A stretch of 62,591 nt of DNA, from NCBI RefSeq assembly GCF_000002075.1, contig NW_004797285.1, positions 1,715,232-1,777,822 of the forward strand, written 5' to 3'. The notes under the pieces were generated by a model. The model was not told where the DNA came from. It searched no databases and saw only the letters and a program-made list of their open reading frames with translations. Position 1 is the first letter of the stretch. Each line of letters starts with the position of its first letter. Shown one piece after another: positions 27,001 to 39,412 of this stretch. A program made the translations under genes and the position numbers. Source of the DNA: Aplysia californica (lineage: Eukaryota).

Positions 27001-30000
27001 AGTGTTGACTTTGCTGAGAAATTACATGTTTACAAGTTACTGTGGAGAATGCTGGTTACAATGCAGTGAATGAAATGTATCTTCCTTTATCACATTTTAT
27101 GAGGCTGTCAAAAGGAAGTTTGAGCTGAGCCCAGGACAAGTGTTACTGGACTGGATAAAGGACAGATCTATTGTTGTGTCTTTTATGTTCCCAGAATGGG
27201 TGCTGCGGATGAGATCTTCAAGGGCCAAAGCACTTTTATGTTGGAGTTGCAAGAAGCCTCAGACATCATGACTCAGGTCACGGACCGTTCGCTGGTCATT
27301 CTGGACGAGCTTGGGCGTGGAACGAGCACCCATGATGGTGTAGCTATTGCCCATGCTACATTACATCATTTTGTTACACAGGTGTCTTTAACTGCTCATG
27401 TTTCTTTACTTTTAAACTGGTTTTTACAGGGTGATTTCTCCTTCCCTTTCATACTGTACAAGTGTTTGGTGTAGTTTTGTCTATCCGTCTACCCCTTTTC
27501 TCACCTACTATTTCTCTGTCTTTCTTTCACTTTTCATATTTTTGTGTCTTTCTCCCAAACAGTCCGTTACCCTAAAAAGGAGGAGGTGGGGCAATTTTTA
27601 GCTTCTGTTATACATTATTAAAATTGCAACTTGTAAACTGTTGACTTGATGAAGCTTGAGGAAAGGGACTGCCTATATGGTCACTTTTATGCACAAGGGG
27701 CTATCCCGAAAAATGCCGTTTTGAGAAAATCGAAAGTAAAGTTTTTGCCCCTTGTTCAGTTTCTTTAAAAGACAGGGAGAGTTTTCTCTATAACCAAACA
27801 AATATATACACTAATGAAACCAAACTTCTCCTATAGGTAGGGAAATGCCCGCTTTTGGTGTAGGTCAAGATTTCTGGAAACCCCCAAAATCTGGGTTAGC
27901 CCGCTTGTCCTTAAAAGAGACCATTTAAGCTAAACCCCCTCCCTTGCCTTATTTAGGCAAAAAATGGCTTACATAAGCTAACCCCCCCACCTGACCTTAT
28001 TTAGGGAATAGAGAAAAAAAATCCTCTTCACACCCTTCTACCATCGCAGCAGGACATGTAATGAATCTAGAATCAATTTAAGGTCCTTTTCTGTATCTAC
28101 GAATTTGCAGTTAAAAACCCATGCCATTGGTAGGCCTTCGTGTTTGAGTTACCCATACTGAATTTATTAATACAAGTGCGTTTTTTTCGAAAGTGGATAG
28201 GTGGACCTTGGAGTGTAGTCTAACATTGTCATGTGTTGTTAGGGTAAGGCAAGGTTTTAAAAAGAAAAAAAAAAAAGCATTACCTAAATGGTAATTATTT
28301 TTTTTTGTTAAACTTTTTTAAAAAGAAAAGAGTGACTTGTTTAATTAATTTTTCTTTTTCGGGGGGGGGGTAAATCATCCCAGCATACATGTTATTTGAC
28401 CGAATCTAGAGTAACACTGCCACCTGGCAACACTGAATGTCTTTGTATTTTGAGGTGTGAATGAAAAGTGGACCAAGGATAGGAGTAACGTGTGTCCAGG
28501 GAGGTGGGGGGGGGGGGGTGTGGGGGGGGGGGGGGTTGTTGTGGTGCGTGTGTATAGTTGTAGTGAGAGAGAGAGTACATGTAATTGTGTGTATGTGTAA
28601 ATGTGTGTGTAGGTGCGTGAATGTTACATGTTTGTGCATGAGTGTCTGAGTTGTAGTTGTACGGTCCAAATGTATATTATTTTTTGAGAATTATACATAG
28701 AATACAGACAACTACAAAACACCTCTTTACAAAGTCACAGAAATATTTTTTGGCACTTAAAGCTATAGAGGTACGGGGTGATTTTAAAATCATGCGCAAG
28801 AATAATCGGACAAAATGGGCATTATCTTTACAGCTGGTGGGTTAGACAAGTCCTACATATTTCTCTTTGTTTTTCTTAACTGCTCATAATTATTTGTGAA
28901 AGAGTAAGCCAACTAGGTAGTAATTTCCTAATCTTATGGACATTCTTAAAATTTTAAAACTTTTTTTTTTGGCGCTTTTCTCAACGTAAAACGGATTCCC
29001 TAAAAAACAACAACCAGAGACCATAAGTCAGCTCCTTATCTTTCTTTTTCAAAGTACTATGCATACATTTGTGTGAAACGATATTTTATGCTTTCAAGTA
29101 TAAAGTCAAGCAAAATGTTCTTCAGAGACATAGTAGTAGGCCCACTGGAGCATTTAATAATTCACGGAAAGATAAACAGAAAATAAAATCATCTTATGAA
29201 CTTTACCTGCATTTGCAATTTTTTTGACATATTATAGTCTACCTCATTGTCTTGTTTTTTTCACACATTTTTCTTCTCGATTCATGACAACTGTGTTGTT
29301 TTCAGTTTTTATCAATCCGCAATTTTCTTTGATAAGCACAATTTTTTTTAAAAGTATTGAGTCAGAGACTCACTGTCTAAAAAGTCCACTGCTAATTGTA
29401 TTCTTATCAAAGAAAATGGCACAATTTGATAATGTAAAAAATATCCTGAAAATAATAACATAAAATTGTTATGCACTTAAAGACTGAGCAGAAGCTTATA
29501 AACTCTGTTCTCTACTAAAATTTAGTAAGTTTGCGCAAAACAGATTTTTGGGCGAAAAAGTTGCATCTAATAAAAGTAAAATTGATTTTTATGATGAGAT
29601 TTGTTATTATTTACTCTGGAAAATATAGTTAGATGCTGAATCTAAAATAAACTAGAACTGTGCTAATCGTTTTATTTCAATTCCAAAGCTCAAAGGCATA
29701 GCAATTTGTTAGATCTAGCAGATGTAGGCTCTCTGGCTGCTTCTAGCTTACTACTACTGATTCTAGACAGGGAATCTGGATTTCGCTGTCACCTGCTTTA
29801 TTTAAAAGCCAAATATATGGCAAAATAAAAAAAATAAAAACAGTGAATTGTTTTGTCAGTTAGTACATCACAAATGCCATAGCCGCACGTATTTATAGTT
29901 GAAAAATGCGATGCCGAAGCAACACGTTATCGCAGTGTGCAGGGGAGAGTGGGGGCGCCTGGGTTGCTGACTGGTTGATTCGACGGTTTGGCTTTTGTAT

Positions 30001-33000
30001 ATATAAATGCATTTTTACGGAAAGCCCTATTGGGATTGTGAAAGCTTCAACTTATACAACTCGGGCGTCAAAAGATGTTGGAAAATAATTTGATACATCT
30101 TGAAGTTTCATAATTTATATAACCTTACAGTATAATACAGCCAGTAGTTTTTATTTCATTGTTTTGTAAAAATTGCCTCATTTTCAGAAGCAAATTTTAA
30201 TATAATTTCCAGTTCTACTGAATCAATTTTCTCACGAAGACTGCCAATTTGAAGATCTTTCTTTTCCTTTTAAAAAGATGTAGGCCTGTTGGATTGATAT
30301 GGCAGTGCGATTCACAAAACTGAGTTGTTTAGCTTCGTGGCCGATCACAAAAGTCTACGGGGCATATTGAGGCCGATTCGCCCTGCCGCGTGCACGTTCA
30401 CTAAACTGCTTAAAACTAATACTACTATTATTACTACTACTACAGTAGTCTCCACCTAAACTCTCGCCATACAAAAGCACGCTCCGCTCAAACACACGCT
30501 TTCATCATCTGACGAGTTTTTTACTATATAATTTAGAAGTACAAACGCACGGCCACTCCCTCTAAACGTACACTCCGATCCGCGAAACACGCCGACAGGT
30601 AGAGCTTGACAAAGAGAAATTTTCTCTACTACCTACACGGCTTGCATAAGACAAGCCTAGAAAACCGGATGTTTGGTGAGACTGCCCCTCACGCCGAACA
30701 AATAGAGTAGTGATGGACAACGTTTTCACACCTAACTTTCGACAGACAGTACATAGATCGAGGACTAGGTCTGGTCGTTGAAATGTGGGGGGGGGGGGGG
30801 GGGGGGACTGAAATGTTTTTGATCAATCACTGGAAATGCATCTTTGAGAGAAGGCTTCTGACTGGTGTTTCGGTGACTGCGTATAATGTTTAATTACTAG
30901 TTAGACCTAGGCCTGATGCGCAACACGCGTGAATGCTGTAAAACACTAGACAGGCCTCTATAGGATTAAAGATTAGTCAAGTAAGCTTGATCAGCTGCGC
31001 TAGAAGAACTTTAACATACTTGTTCAACGAATCGCAAGTGAAATGTTTCTCTAAATGTAGAGATCTATAAATCGGATGTCGTCCATGAATTTACGGTCAG
31101 GGGTGGTTGCTTGGAGAGCCACGTGGCTGGGCCATTGTCTCTATGACTATCACCAACAGTTTCCTCTTAGGCTGTCTGTTACAGACCTTTTATGGTGCAT
31201 ATTATCAATTTCATTGCATCGAGTCTGTCTTTCTGGTCACCCCCCACCCACCCATTCAGCACTTTTGTATTCTTAATCGCAGTCGAGGAATCCTTCACAA
31301 AACAGTCACGTGTCGTCACATTATCGGCCAAAGTGACCCCCACCCTCCAAGGGAGGTCACTAGAATATCAAGGAATTGAGATGACTGTGCCCCTTCCTCC
31401 TTTTGCAAAGGTTCATGTAAATGCACGCTCCGTATAAACACACGTTGAAGAGCCCTCCCAAGCACCGTGCGTTTAGGCAGAGACTACTACTGTACTACTA
31501 CTACCACTACCACTACTACTCCTACTCCTCCTATGAGACAGTACGAGGGAGTGCCACTTTGGCCAAGATCGTGTAATTTTGACTTAGGCACGTTGTGTAC
31601 ACCCTTTTTTTACACTTAATTTGACCCGGAAGTCCATTCGGAGGATTTCACTTGACCAAAGTGTGCCCAGATGGTAGCCTAGCTTTTGCCTCTCCATGAA
31701 GGAAAAATCTGGCCCTCATTCAAAACCTTTTGGATTGTGATTGAGCAAAAATTTTCGTATTGTGCATTGTTTTTCATTATGTTATGATTTTTAATTTATA
31801 CTCTTGAGGCAAAACTATACTAAACAAGAAAGGTGCACCATTGCGAAAGCGGAACACACTCATTTGTGTGAAAAGGTAGTTTGAGCATATATGTAACCTA
31901 AATAAGGTTCCGTGGTGGGGTAAACCTTATTTAGGCCATATGTGGCCTAAATAATGTTACGTGGGAGGGTTTCACCTTATTGAGGCCATATGTGGCCTAA
32001 ATAAGTGCTCCTTTTATGTGTGGTTAGCGGGTGCTCTGGTGTGGTTTGCTTCTTCTCTCCTATCATTTATCAAATATCTATCGTCCTTATCTCTCCTCCT
32101 TCTTTTTTGTGTTTGTTACTCTCTTGTAACACCTCTAATCTTCAGCACTTACATGACCTTATTGTGTTGCAAGTGCCGTAAAACACTTACTAAAACAACT
32201 CCCTTTTTATTATATGTTCTCTTCCTCTTCTTTTTGACGTTGCTGCTATGTGTCAATATGCAGTGCCCTACTTTTGTTATTGTAATATGGTACAATATAA
32301 ACATTGATTATGAGACAAATCGTGTCTCTATTTCCAGTGCAAGTGTCTACTCCTATTTGTGACTCACTTCCCCATGCTGTCAGAATTCCATGATATGTTC
32401 CCTGGTATTGTGAAGAATTTCCACATGGCTTTTCTGCTAAATGATGAAGAGAATGAAGGTAATCTGATCGTGTGGTGAAATGTTTCATGATGTTATGTTG
32501 TTGTCGATCAGTTATTTTTATTTATCCCGAATCTGATGTCAAATATGTACCACAGAAAGAAAATGAAGAATTGCAATAGCCAAAGAGAGTTATAATAAAA
32601 TGGGTCCAATCCTGAACTTTATTGATCAATATCTGGGTTGAGGGACACGCTGCGAATTCAAAATAACTTGCAAACTAATTGGTCACTGTTTATAATTTTG
32701 ACCCGCAATTTAGTACATCATTTACCACATAAGGAACACCGAAATTTTCTATTAAAGAAGGTCTGGGTCTGTTCCCTTTATAACAGCAAAAGTAGATTGG
32801 CCCTTTCTAGAGCCATCACACTTCCAGGGTTAATGATAATAATGAGTAAGCTTTTTATTTAACAACCATTCATGCCTCTTTACAAGTACTCTGATTTCTA
32901 TCAGCTCTCTGTGTCAAACATGTATTTTATTTTGTAGGTCAAAGTTCAGCTGTTGAGGCCATCACATTCTTGTATCAGCTGACAGAAGGTGCAGCGAAGA

Positions 33001-34116
33001 AAAGCTACGGCTTAAATGTTGCAAGACTGGCTGAAGTAGATTCAGACATCATCCAAGTTGCAGCCCTCAAGTCCAAAGAACTGGAGGCTGCTGTGAATCT
33101 CAAGATGTAAGCCATTTTTTATCTGTTGTGGTTTCATTTTGTAAATAATAATATGTGTCATGACGGGGTGAAATCAGGTGCCCGTCAATTTTTGGGCATG
33201 TGGAATTATTGGTATCGTCTTAAAACTTGTTCAATTGTCATGCCATTAGTGGAAAAAATGCTCATCTATCTTGAATAGAAGTCAAGATATTGGAGATTGA
33301 AGGTGGGGTTGCCTAGTTTCAAAAGTAGAATAAGTGAGAAAATGGCCGCCAAAGTTTGGTTATAGCTTGATAGTCTGTGAAAACTGAACACTTACATTTT
33401 TTGTGCCTTCAATCTACGTTCTCCAGTAAAATTTACCCAGAAATGTGTTGTTAATTGGACAACAATGGTGTTAAGCCAAAAAACAAAAATTCGATAAAAG
33501 TTTCCAAACTGGAAGAAAAATGCCAGTTCTTCAATTTCATTTTTTTGATGAGCACCTGATTTCGCCATGCTGCCTCATATTTATTGATTTATAAGTATGG
33601 TGGTACAAAATGTTAGAAAAACACACATGTTCTGGGGTTGATGTATGCAGTCTGATATAGTTCATTTTCAAAGTTTTGTTCCCAATTTAAAAAAAAAAAA
33701 TTTGTGCCCGGGGGGATAAAAGTATAAAAACGGAATCTAGTCAGTTTCTCCTTTTTTTTCATTTGTAATTTTTTTCTCTGCCGACATGTCATATTTGAAG
33801 AAATCTTTGATGGAGTTTTCTTTGAATTTAACATCCAAATTACAGTTTTTCCTTCTTGCACTCACTGTTCAAATGGTCATTGGGTGCTTCTGAGTGGTTT
33901 GGCCCTTTTTCGGTGACTTTTTAGTCGAAATGTTGAAACTGGCTTTTACATAAAAATATATATTCATTTCCAGCCTGTATGACTGAAACACTTTTATAAT
34001 CAATTGTCCTTTATTTTCATTTCAGGAATAGCAGAGATTCCTTCATGGCCTTATGGAACGTGAATGTTTCAGGCATAAAAGAAGTTGTTGAACACTGTAC
34101 TGAAAGCACAGTTTGA
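9004..34116 (+). CDS. MSH3: DNA mismatch repair protein MSH3 (MutS-beta subunit), 21 coding exons, about 1105 aa
   Basis: Hand-spliced exons with consistent phases: 9004-9138, 10208-10837, 11364-11480, 12434-12551, 13139-13260, 13921-14087, 14500-14597, 15374-15488, 15993-16187, 17020-17152, 17472-17659, 18184-18352, 19051-19115, 19664-19780, 20118-20225, 22677-22791, 24072-24229, 27195-27381, 32338-32458, 32938-33106, 34026-34116 (3318 nt including TGA). Motifs: PIP box QVTLSKFF; [22 protein letters not shown] (MSH3 type, no MSH6 F-X-E); [22 protein letters not shown]; [10 protein letters not shown]; Walker A GPNMGGKS; STFMLE; Walker [17 protein letters not shown]; FVTH; [10 protein letters not shown]. 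All introns are GT-AG except intron 4. Confidence 0.96.
9295..9664. mobile_element. Tc1/mariner-type MITE in MSH3 intron 1
   Basis: TA TSD; TIR CAGTAGAGCACAC..TATAAAGAA / TTCTTTATAGGTGTGCTCTACTG. Confidence 0.85.
9751..9897 (+). repeat. interspersed repeat (SINE-like 3' fragment), copy 1
   Basis: Homologous to 32023-32197 (GCGGGTGCTCTGGT...GCAAGTGCCGTAAAAC.CTTACTAAAACA). Confidence 0.65.
12552..13138 (+). other. U12-type AT-AC intron (MSH3 coding intron 4)
   Basis: 5' end ATATCCTTT; branch-like GCCTTGAC at 13123-13130; 3' end TAGCTCAC. Splicing gives in-frame [21 protein letters not shown]. Confidence 0.93.
16277..16512 (+). mobile_element. piggyBac-like MITE, copy 1
   Basis: TTAA TSD; TIR CCCTATCC / GGATAGGG; second copy at 48534-48766. 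Confidence 0.85.
20534..21536 (+). mobile_element. 1-kb Tc1/mariner(pogo)-type MITE family B, copy 1
   Basis: TA TSD; TIR CAGTAGTCTCCGCCTAAA / TTTAGACGAAGACTACTG; homologous along its length to copies 2 and 3. Confidence 0.88.
22960..23868. mobile_element. TTAA-flanked non-autonomous element (piggyBac-like)
   Basis: TTAA|CTCACT ... AGTGAG|TTAA; CpG-rich interior unlike the host intron. Confidence 0.65.
24275..24769. mobile_element. MITE with about 30-bp TIR and apparent 7-bp TSD (P-like?)
   Basis: TIR CAAAGATAGTGAATGACAAGATGGGCCACT / AGTGGCCCATCTTGTTATGTACTATCATTG; flanked by GCGTCAC on both sides. Confidence 0.8.
25388..26401 (+). mobile_element. MITE family B, copy 2
   Basis: CAGTAGTCTCCGCCTAA ... 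TTAGGTGGAGACTACTG; collinear with copy 1. Confidence 0.88.
26719..26975 (+). mobile_element. MITE family C, copy 1 (ATATGTG..CACATAT termini)
   Basis: 16-bp TIR ATATGTGGTCGCTTTT / AAAAGCGACCACATAT; near-identical copy at 27674-27926. Confidence 0.85.
27674..27926 (+). mobile_element. MITE family C, copy 2
   Basis: Direct repeat of 26719-26975. Confidence 0.85.
27927..32011. mobile_element. unclassified non-autonomous DNA transposon-like element filling MSH3 intron 18
   Basis: Both ends carry clustered CCTTATTTAGG / CCTAAATAAGG subterminal repeats (27945-28005 and 31897-32005); exact termini uncertain. Confidence 0.5.
30443..31492 (-). mobile_element. MITE family B, copy 3 (inverted), inserted in a (TAC)n tract
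   Basis: Reverse complement of copies 1 and 2; TIR CAGTAGTCTCCACCTAAA. Confidence 0.85.
32023..32197 (+). repeat. interspersed repeat (SINE-like 3' fragment), copy 2
   Basis: Homologous to 9751-9897. Confidence 0.65.
33151..33580 (+). mobile_element. MITE family D, copy 1
   Basis: Imperfect about 35-bp TIR; interior homologous to 50846-51290 and 52615-53057 (shared AAAATGGCCGCCAAAG and TTGGTATC..TTAAA.CTTGT). Confidence 0.8.
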
Positions 34117-34819
34117 TTACTGAAACCTGTCGAGTCCAAGAATGATGTCACGGTTCTTTCCTATTCTTTGAGTTGCAGTAAAAGAAAAACCGCTCATGGC
34201 AGATGACGAATTGAATAATTATACTAGAGCTTTGTCTGTTATCTTATTTTTATATGAAAATAAATGGTTCTATTTAGCTCAAAGAGCAAAGAAGAATTTT
34301 TACAATACTATACCTCTTTTGGCACATACCTCTGTGTGGGATGGGAAATCAGTTTCAGATTCTGTTATTTTTTAAATGATGAAATGTGTGCAGTTTGGTT
34401 AACTTATATAATTGTTAGAAAGTCTCAAAATATAAGAAAGACCAACTTCTATGCAGGTTAGTAAACTGTTATGAAGCAACATCAGTCCAGTTGTTCTTAT
34501 TTTGACTTTATTTCCATTTTTTCTACATCAAAATTATTTAGTTTCAGGAAAGTCAAGTCTACTAAAAACCAAATTCTGTGGGACTGCTGGATTTTCTTCA
34601 TTTTAACCATGTTTTCTGGTTTAGAGTTAGAGAGAGCTTACTTAATGTGCTGACGCAGTCACACAGAACAGACGAAAGGGTAGATCAGCACACTGTACTG
34701 TGATTCAGCTTTGCAGAGACAAACAGGTCATAACCAGTCAAAGGTCAGCGACTTCAACATTCACTATTCTTGTGTCAATTGGCCTATACACAAGGCTTAA
34801 GCCTACATGTATTGATATA

Positions 34820-35778
34820 CAGTGGAAACCATATATAACAAGCCCGGTAATAACAGGGATCGGGTAATAACAGGGATTTTTTAAATCTCCGATTTTTCCT
34901 ACTCTTTGTCTCCATTAAAAATTATCGGCAATAACAAGGCCTCATCGGAGCCCAATCGGTTATAGCAGGGAAAAAGTAAGAGAGAGAGGGAGAGAGAGTA
35001 ACGCAGTGATGGAGCAAGCCCACGCCAGCCATGACACTGCAAGCACACACAGCGTGTGAAGTGAGAGAAGGCTGCGGTGTGCTGCAGACCTCGATCTAGC
35101 CCGAAACCTAGCTACACACACGCTTAATGTGTCTTGCGCAGGCCTCCCGCATGGCCAAATCTGGTCGTGTGCAGAGCTTGTTTCGTAGTTCACAGCACAC
35201 ACACATGCACCACGCGACTCTGTGACTATTCACTAACAACAGTACATGTGGAGATCTAAGCTTAATGCACTCTGTGGACGACCAGTCGGCCTAGATCTAA
35301 GCCTACTTCTTTCATTATGGCCAGCAACGATTTCAAGGGCAAGAGAAAATGCCTTTCAATTGACAAAGAATACGAAATAATCCAGGCTGTTGACAAAAAG
35401 CAAGCTCCACTGGCAGAAATTTGTCGTCAGTTCGACATTCCACAAGAGTTGATTCACACTATTACTATTATCAAGGACAGAGAGAAGATAGTGGCAGTGC
35501 TCTCCAATGGAAAGTTTGCTCTGGATCGAAAGAAAATGACATTACCTACCTGAAGCTGTGGACCAAGCTCTTCTGATGTGGTTTATGGAGGCAAGGAGAA
35601 ATTTGATGCCAAAACCCCTGTTTTCAGGTACTTCTGGCTAGGGAAACTACCTGTGAATAAGTACAGCTGGATTAGTCCACAAATGCTTACTTTCCGTGCA
35701 TTTCTGATTTAACAGAGATCGGATATAACAAGACTTTTTTTCGACTCCCACCATCCCTGTTATATCAGGTTTCCACTG
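34820..35778 (+). mobile_element. internally deleted Tigger/pogo element with CENP-B-type HTH remnant
   Basis: TA-CAGTGGAAACC ... GGTTTCCACTG; ORF 35317-35553 KRKCLSIDKEYEIIQAVD..AEICRQFDIP, frameshifted into VDQALLMWFMEAR. Confidence 0.85.
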
Positions 35779-37090
35779 CATGATAAACATAGGCAAACAG
35801 TACTCTGGAGATGCTTCTCTCTGGCCAACAATCCATACAAGTGCATTCTCGTGTCTCATTCTGTTTTGTTATTTTGAAGTAAGCGTGCAAAAGTTGATGA
35901 TTAATTGCTTTTCTGTTACTTGAAAGCTGACCTGGTCTATCACAGCTTGATTGTCAATGTGATTGAAAATTTCTATGAACTTTCATTGATTAATTTTGTT
36001 TTTCTCTTATACCTGGTACTTTTGTTTTGGTTGAATCATGAGTAGGCTTGGCTTGAGATTTGGTTTGACTTTTTCTGTGAGTTGGAATTTTTATAGTTAT
36101 GGTAGCCTACCACTCAAGCCAGTATTTTTTTCATTTTGCCATTTCTTATGTATGTATAGTTTAAGATATTTTTGTTGCTGTTTCAATTGTTTTCTGTCTG
36201 CTTCAGTGAAAGGCAGACAAGGGAGGGTAGGATCATAAAATTAAGGTATAGCTCTGAATGTGTGCGAATGCGTAGCTATTGCTAATTGTACGAATACAAC
36301 TGCAAAGGAAACGCGAGCCTCATTTTTCTGCAATGAGGTTTAATTTTGCTCCCATTTTTTTTATCAGAACAGTGGTAAAAAACGTAGTTAAGGTATAGAT
36401 TATACTGTGCATGTACTTGCTCTACAGTATGACACGGATATCTCGAATTTGTCCGACTGGACTCGGTAGTTCGTGATATATCTTCTTACAAAGATAAAGA
36501 AGAAGAAAAAAAAGGGATCTCAGGCTCAGTTTGACTGATACGTGGTTTCGAATCTTCTGTGTTCGATCTATCCGTGTTTCACTGATTTTCTTTTTTTGAA
36601 GGTGAAGGTTTATAGTACCTCTCATTTGACAGGACTACATTACTTACCCGGTACTTTACTTTTACGATCCAGCTACCATCTGAGTTTGTGCCCTTCAGCA
36701 TGAGGACTGCATTTCAAAGGTCTATAATATGTTGATCAACACATATAAACTTGGTTGATAGTGATAGTGCACTTGTGTGATTACTACAACTTTGTTTTAT
36801 GACTTTTGTACTGTTGCTGACTGATATTATAAACGATTTAAAACAACAGGACAACAGAGTTATGTTTCATGCACCTTGGTTAATGTAAAGATATATCAGT
36901 GAAAGACCATCATGTCGTTCTGCTGGTTGTTTAACTTATTAAAAAGAAAAGCACTATTTTTAAACATTCCTTTGTGGAAGTCAAGCAACGATGACACCTA
37001 CGGTGCATGCAAATAATCATTTAAAGTAGGTCACAGTATCATGTGACACAATGATGTAAATTATATCTAAATATCACACTTAACTGCGAA

Positions 37091-38140
37091 GGAGACTCTC
37101 ATGGTTTTGAGGACCGGTGTTTGCCTCTCATTCTAAAGGCTAATGGTTCCAGGATCGAAACCTGACAGCGACAAACCTTTTTCTTCTCTCACAAGTCACA
37201 TGCTTTCCCGTTCTCTAGTCCTGCTCTGTCATCTACTTTCAGTACTTTCACCTTCTTCTCCCTCCGCCCCTGGTCTCCTCTGAGCTCCTTTTTCCTTTAC
37301 TCCTGACTCTTTCTACTGCTAATAGTAATACTGTAGTAATAGTGCTACACCTGGTTCCTTCTTTTTGCTGTCTTTCAGCCACATCCCTGATCTCAGGATT
37401 GGTAAGATCGAACACCTAGCTTTCTCGGATAAGGGTGAAAAATCTTGAACGTCATGTGTGCAAGTTGCACATGTTTACAGTGGAAACCATATATAACAGA
37501 CCTGGTAATGACAGGGATCTGGTAATAACAGGGATTATTTAAATCCCCATTTTTTTCCTACTCTTATTCTCTGCCTTTATTAAAAGTTATCGGCAATAAC
37601 AGGGCCTCATCGGAGCCCAATAGGTTATAGCAGGGACAAAGGCTCATTAACAATGAGTAAAAAGTAAGCGAGAGAGAGAGTAACGCAGTGATGGAGCAAG
37701 CCCACTCAGGCCACGCCACTGCAAGCACATGCAGCGGGTGAAGCGAGAGAGGGCTGAGGTGTGCTGCAGACTTATATCTAATCTAAAGCCTCTACAACAA
37801 GCACGTGTAATGTATCATGCATACGCATGCCTGCCACATGGCCAAAACCCCTGTTCGTGGATACTTGTGGCAAGGGAAACTACCCATGAATAAATACAGC
37901 TGGATTAGTCCGCAAATTCTTACTTCCCTTGTATTTCTGATTTAACAGGGATCTAGCTACAGGGCTTTTTCTCTGGTCCCACCATCCCTGTTATATTAGG
38001 TTTCCAATGTAACTGTAATCAAAGATCACTTGGTGATCCTAAAATTGATACTTGTAAGTTAGTCTAAAAATAGGCTTTAGCTTCCACCCTGCTAAATTTT
38101 AAATTAAATCACTACCAAAACTAAAAATACTCTAATCAGT
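37091..38140 (+). mobile_element. diverged tRNA-derived SINE interrupted by a Tigger MITE
   Basis: Homologous to 49485-50000 (CAGCCACA.CCCTG, TTCTCGGATAAGGG.GAAAAATCT, AAAGATC.CTTGGTG). Confidence 0.7.
37478..38009 (+). mobile_element. shorter deletion derivative of the 34820-35778 Tigger element
   Basis: Same TIR and subterminal sequence, TA TSD, lacks the HTH segment. Confidence 0.85.
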
Positions 38141-39412
38141 ATAGTATTTTTTAAAAACCTGGTAGCCAACTTTTGAAATTGGAATGTGGCTGCCTGAAGG
38201 CGAGGGGCTCTACGAAGTAGGAAAAACAGTTACATACGTAGAAATCAGTTGCACTGCAGGTTGAAGAACCAGCAGGGGAACGTAAAGAAGAAGACACATT
38301 GCCACTGTCACAATGCAACTCCCTGTTTTTGAACAAGGTCTAGCTTGTCTCGCTCAAGGACACACCCACCTGTAATCCATGTCACCGACATTAATTGACA
38401 CCAACACTCTGTCAGCCTGACCCTGTTGTTACACTTACACTACACTACTTTGGTACTTTTTCAGCCTGAACCATTCACTGGGCCAATAGATCTTTAAAAG
38501 CGTGGTAAAAGAGAAGTGACTTGGCAATGCCCAAGAAGACATTGCGCAATGCATGTAGCCTACCTGATGTTCAGGAAATGCCATATCTGATCTATTCTAT
38601 ATCTATATAATATATGTGTGTGTGTGTTTTTTTTTACTTCCAAAAGTCACTCTTGTTGAAAGGTAACAACTAACTGTGTAGATACCACCATCTATGAATA
38701 TGACGTAATGGTTAGGCTTTCCGCCTTGCACCCAAAAGAAGTGACTCGAGTCTCCCTCCCTATACTATGAAGGGAAGATATCTACTATTAAAGTCTCCAT
38801 CTTTCTACCGATATCATACTCTGCTCAACCCAGACCTGCCTGTCTAAATAGCTCAACAGTGTCCTAGTAAATGTAGGCCTAGGTCTTTTACAACAATTTA
38901 CAGCTGCCATGATCATCATGACGTGCTGCCTTGACACAAAAAAATAGGCAAATAGAACAGTTGGCCTCCACTGAACATGAGATATTCCAGAACGGACAGG
39001 AAGGGTTTGGTGAACTTCAGCCTGGCTGTTTTCGTCTGTACACCACAAGTGTAGTCACACAGAGAGTCAAAAGAACTTGACAAAAAGATAATAACACAGT
39101 TTTCACGTTACTTACATTTTATTCACAAAACAGAGGTCTAATATTTTCTAGAAAAGATATTGGTGGACTGGTAATAGCAAAAAGTGTATGATTTTGAGCG
39201 AAACAAACAAGAATAAATGCAGTGACACCAGTTTAGCTTAGACCTTTACATGATTTCAGTGCGTAGTTCTTTGGCAAAGGATAGAAATATAGAAACTATG
39301 TTGAGCCTCAGCCCTCAAAATTCAACACAATTAAGAATTGCTAATAATAATTTTCCCCATTGAGTGTACAGTCAAAGCCAAACCTTGTTAATTAAAATAA
39401 TTAATACTAATA

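Noticed and set aside
28499-28535. Long G-tract with G-quadruplex potential
   Set aside because: Poly-G/C runs are common throughout the window and show no specific context.
32488-32537. ATGATG...CTGA box C/D-like pair in intron 19
   Set aside because: Too short, and no convincing terminal stem or guide sequence.
9004-34116. Alternative assignment as MSH6 or MSH2
   Set aside because: [11 protein letters not shown] and the N-terminal PIP box without PWWP or F-X-E are MSH3-type; the THF variant alone is not diagnostic.
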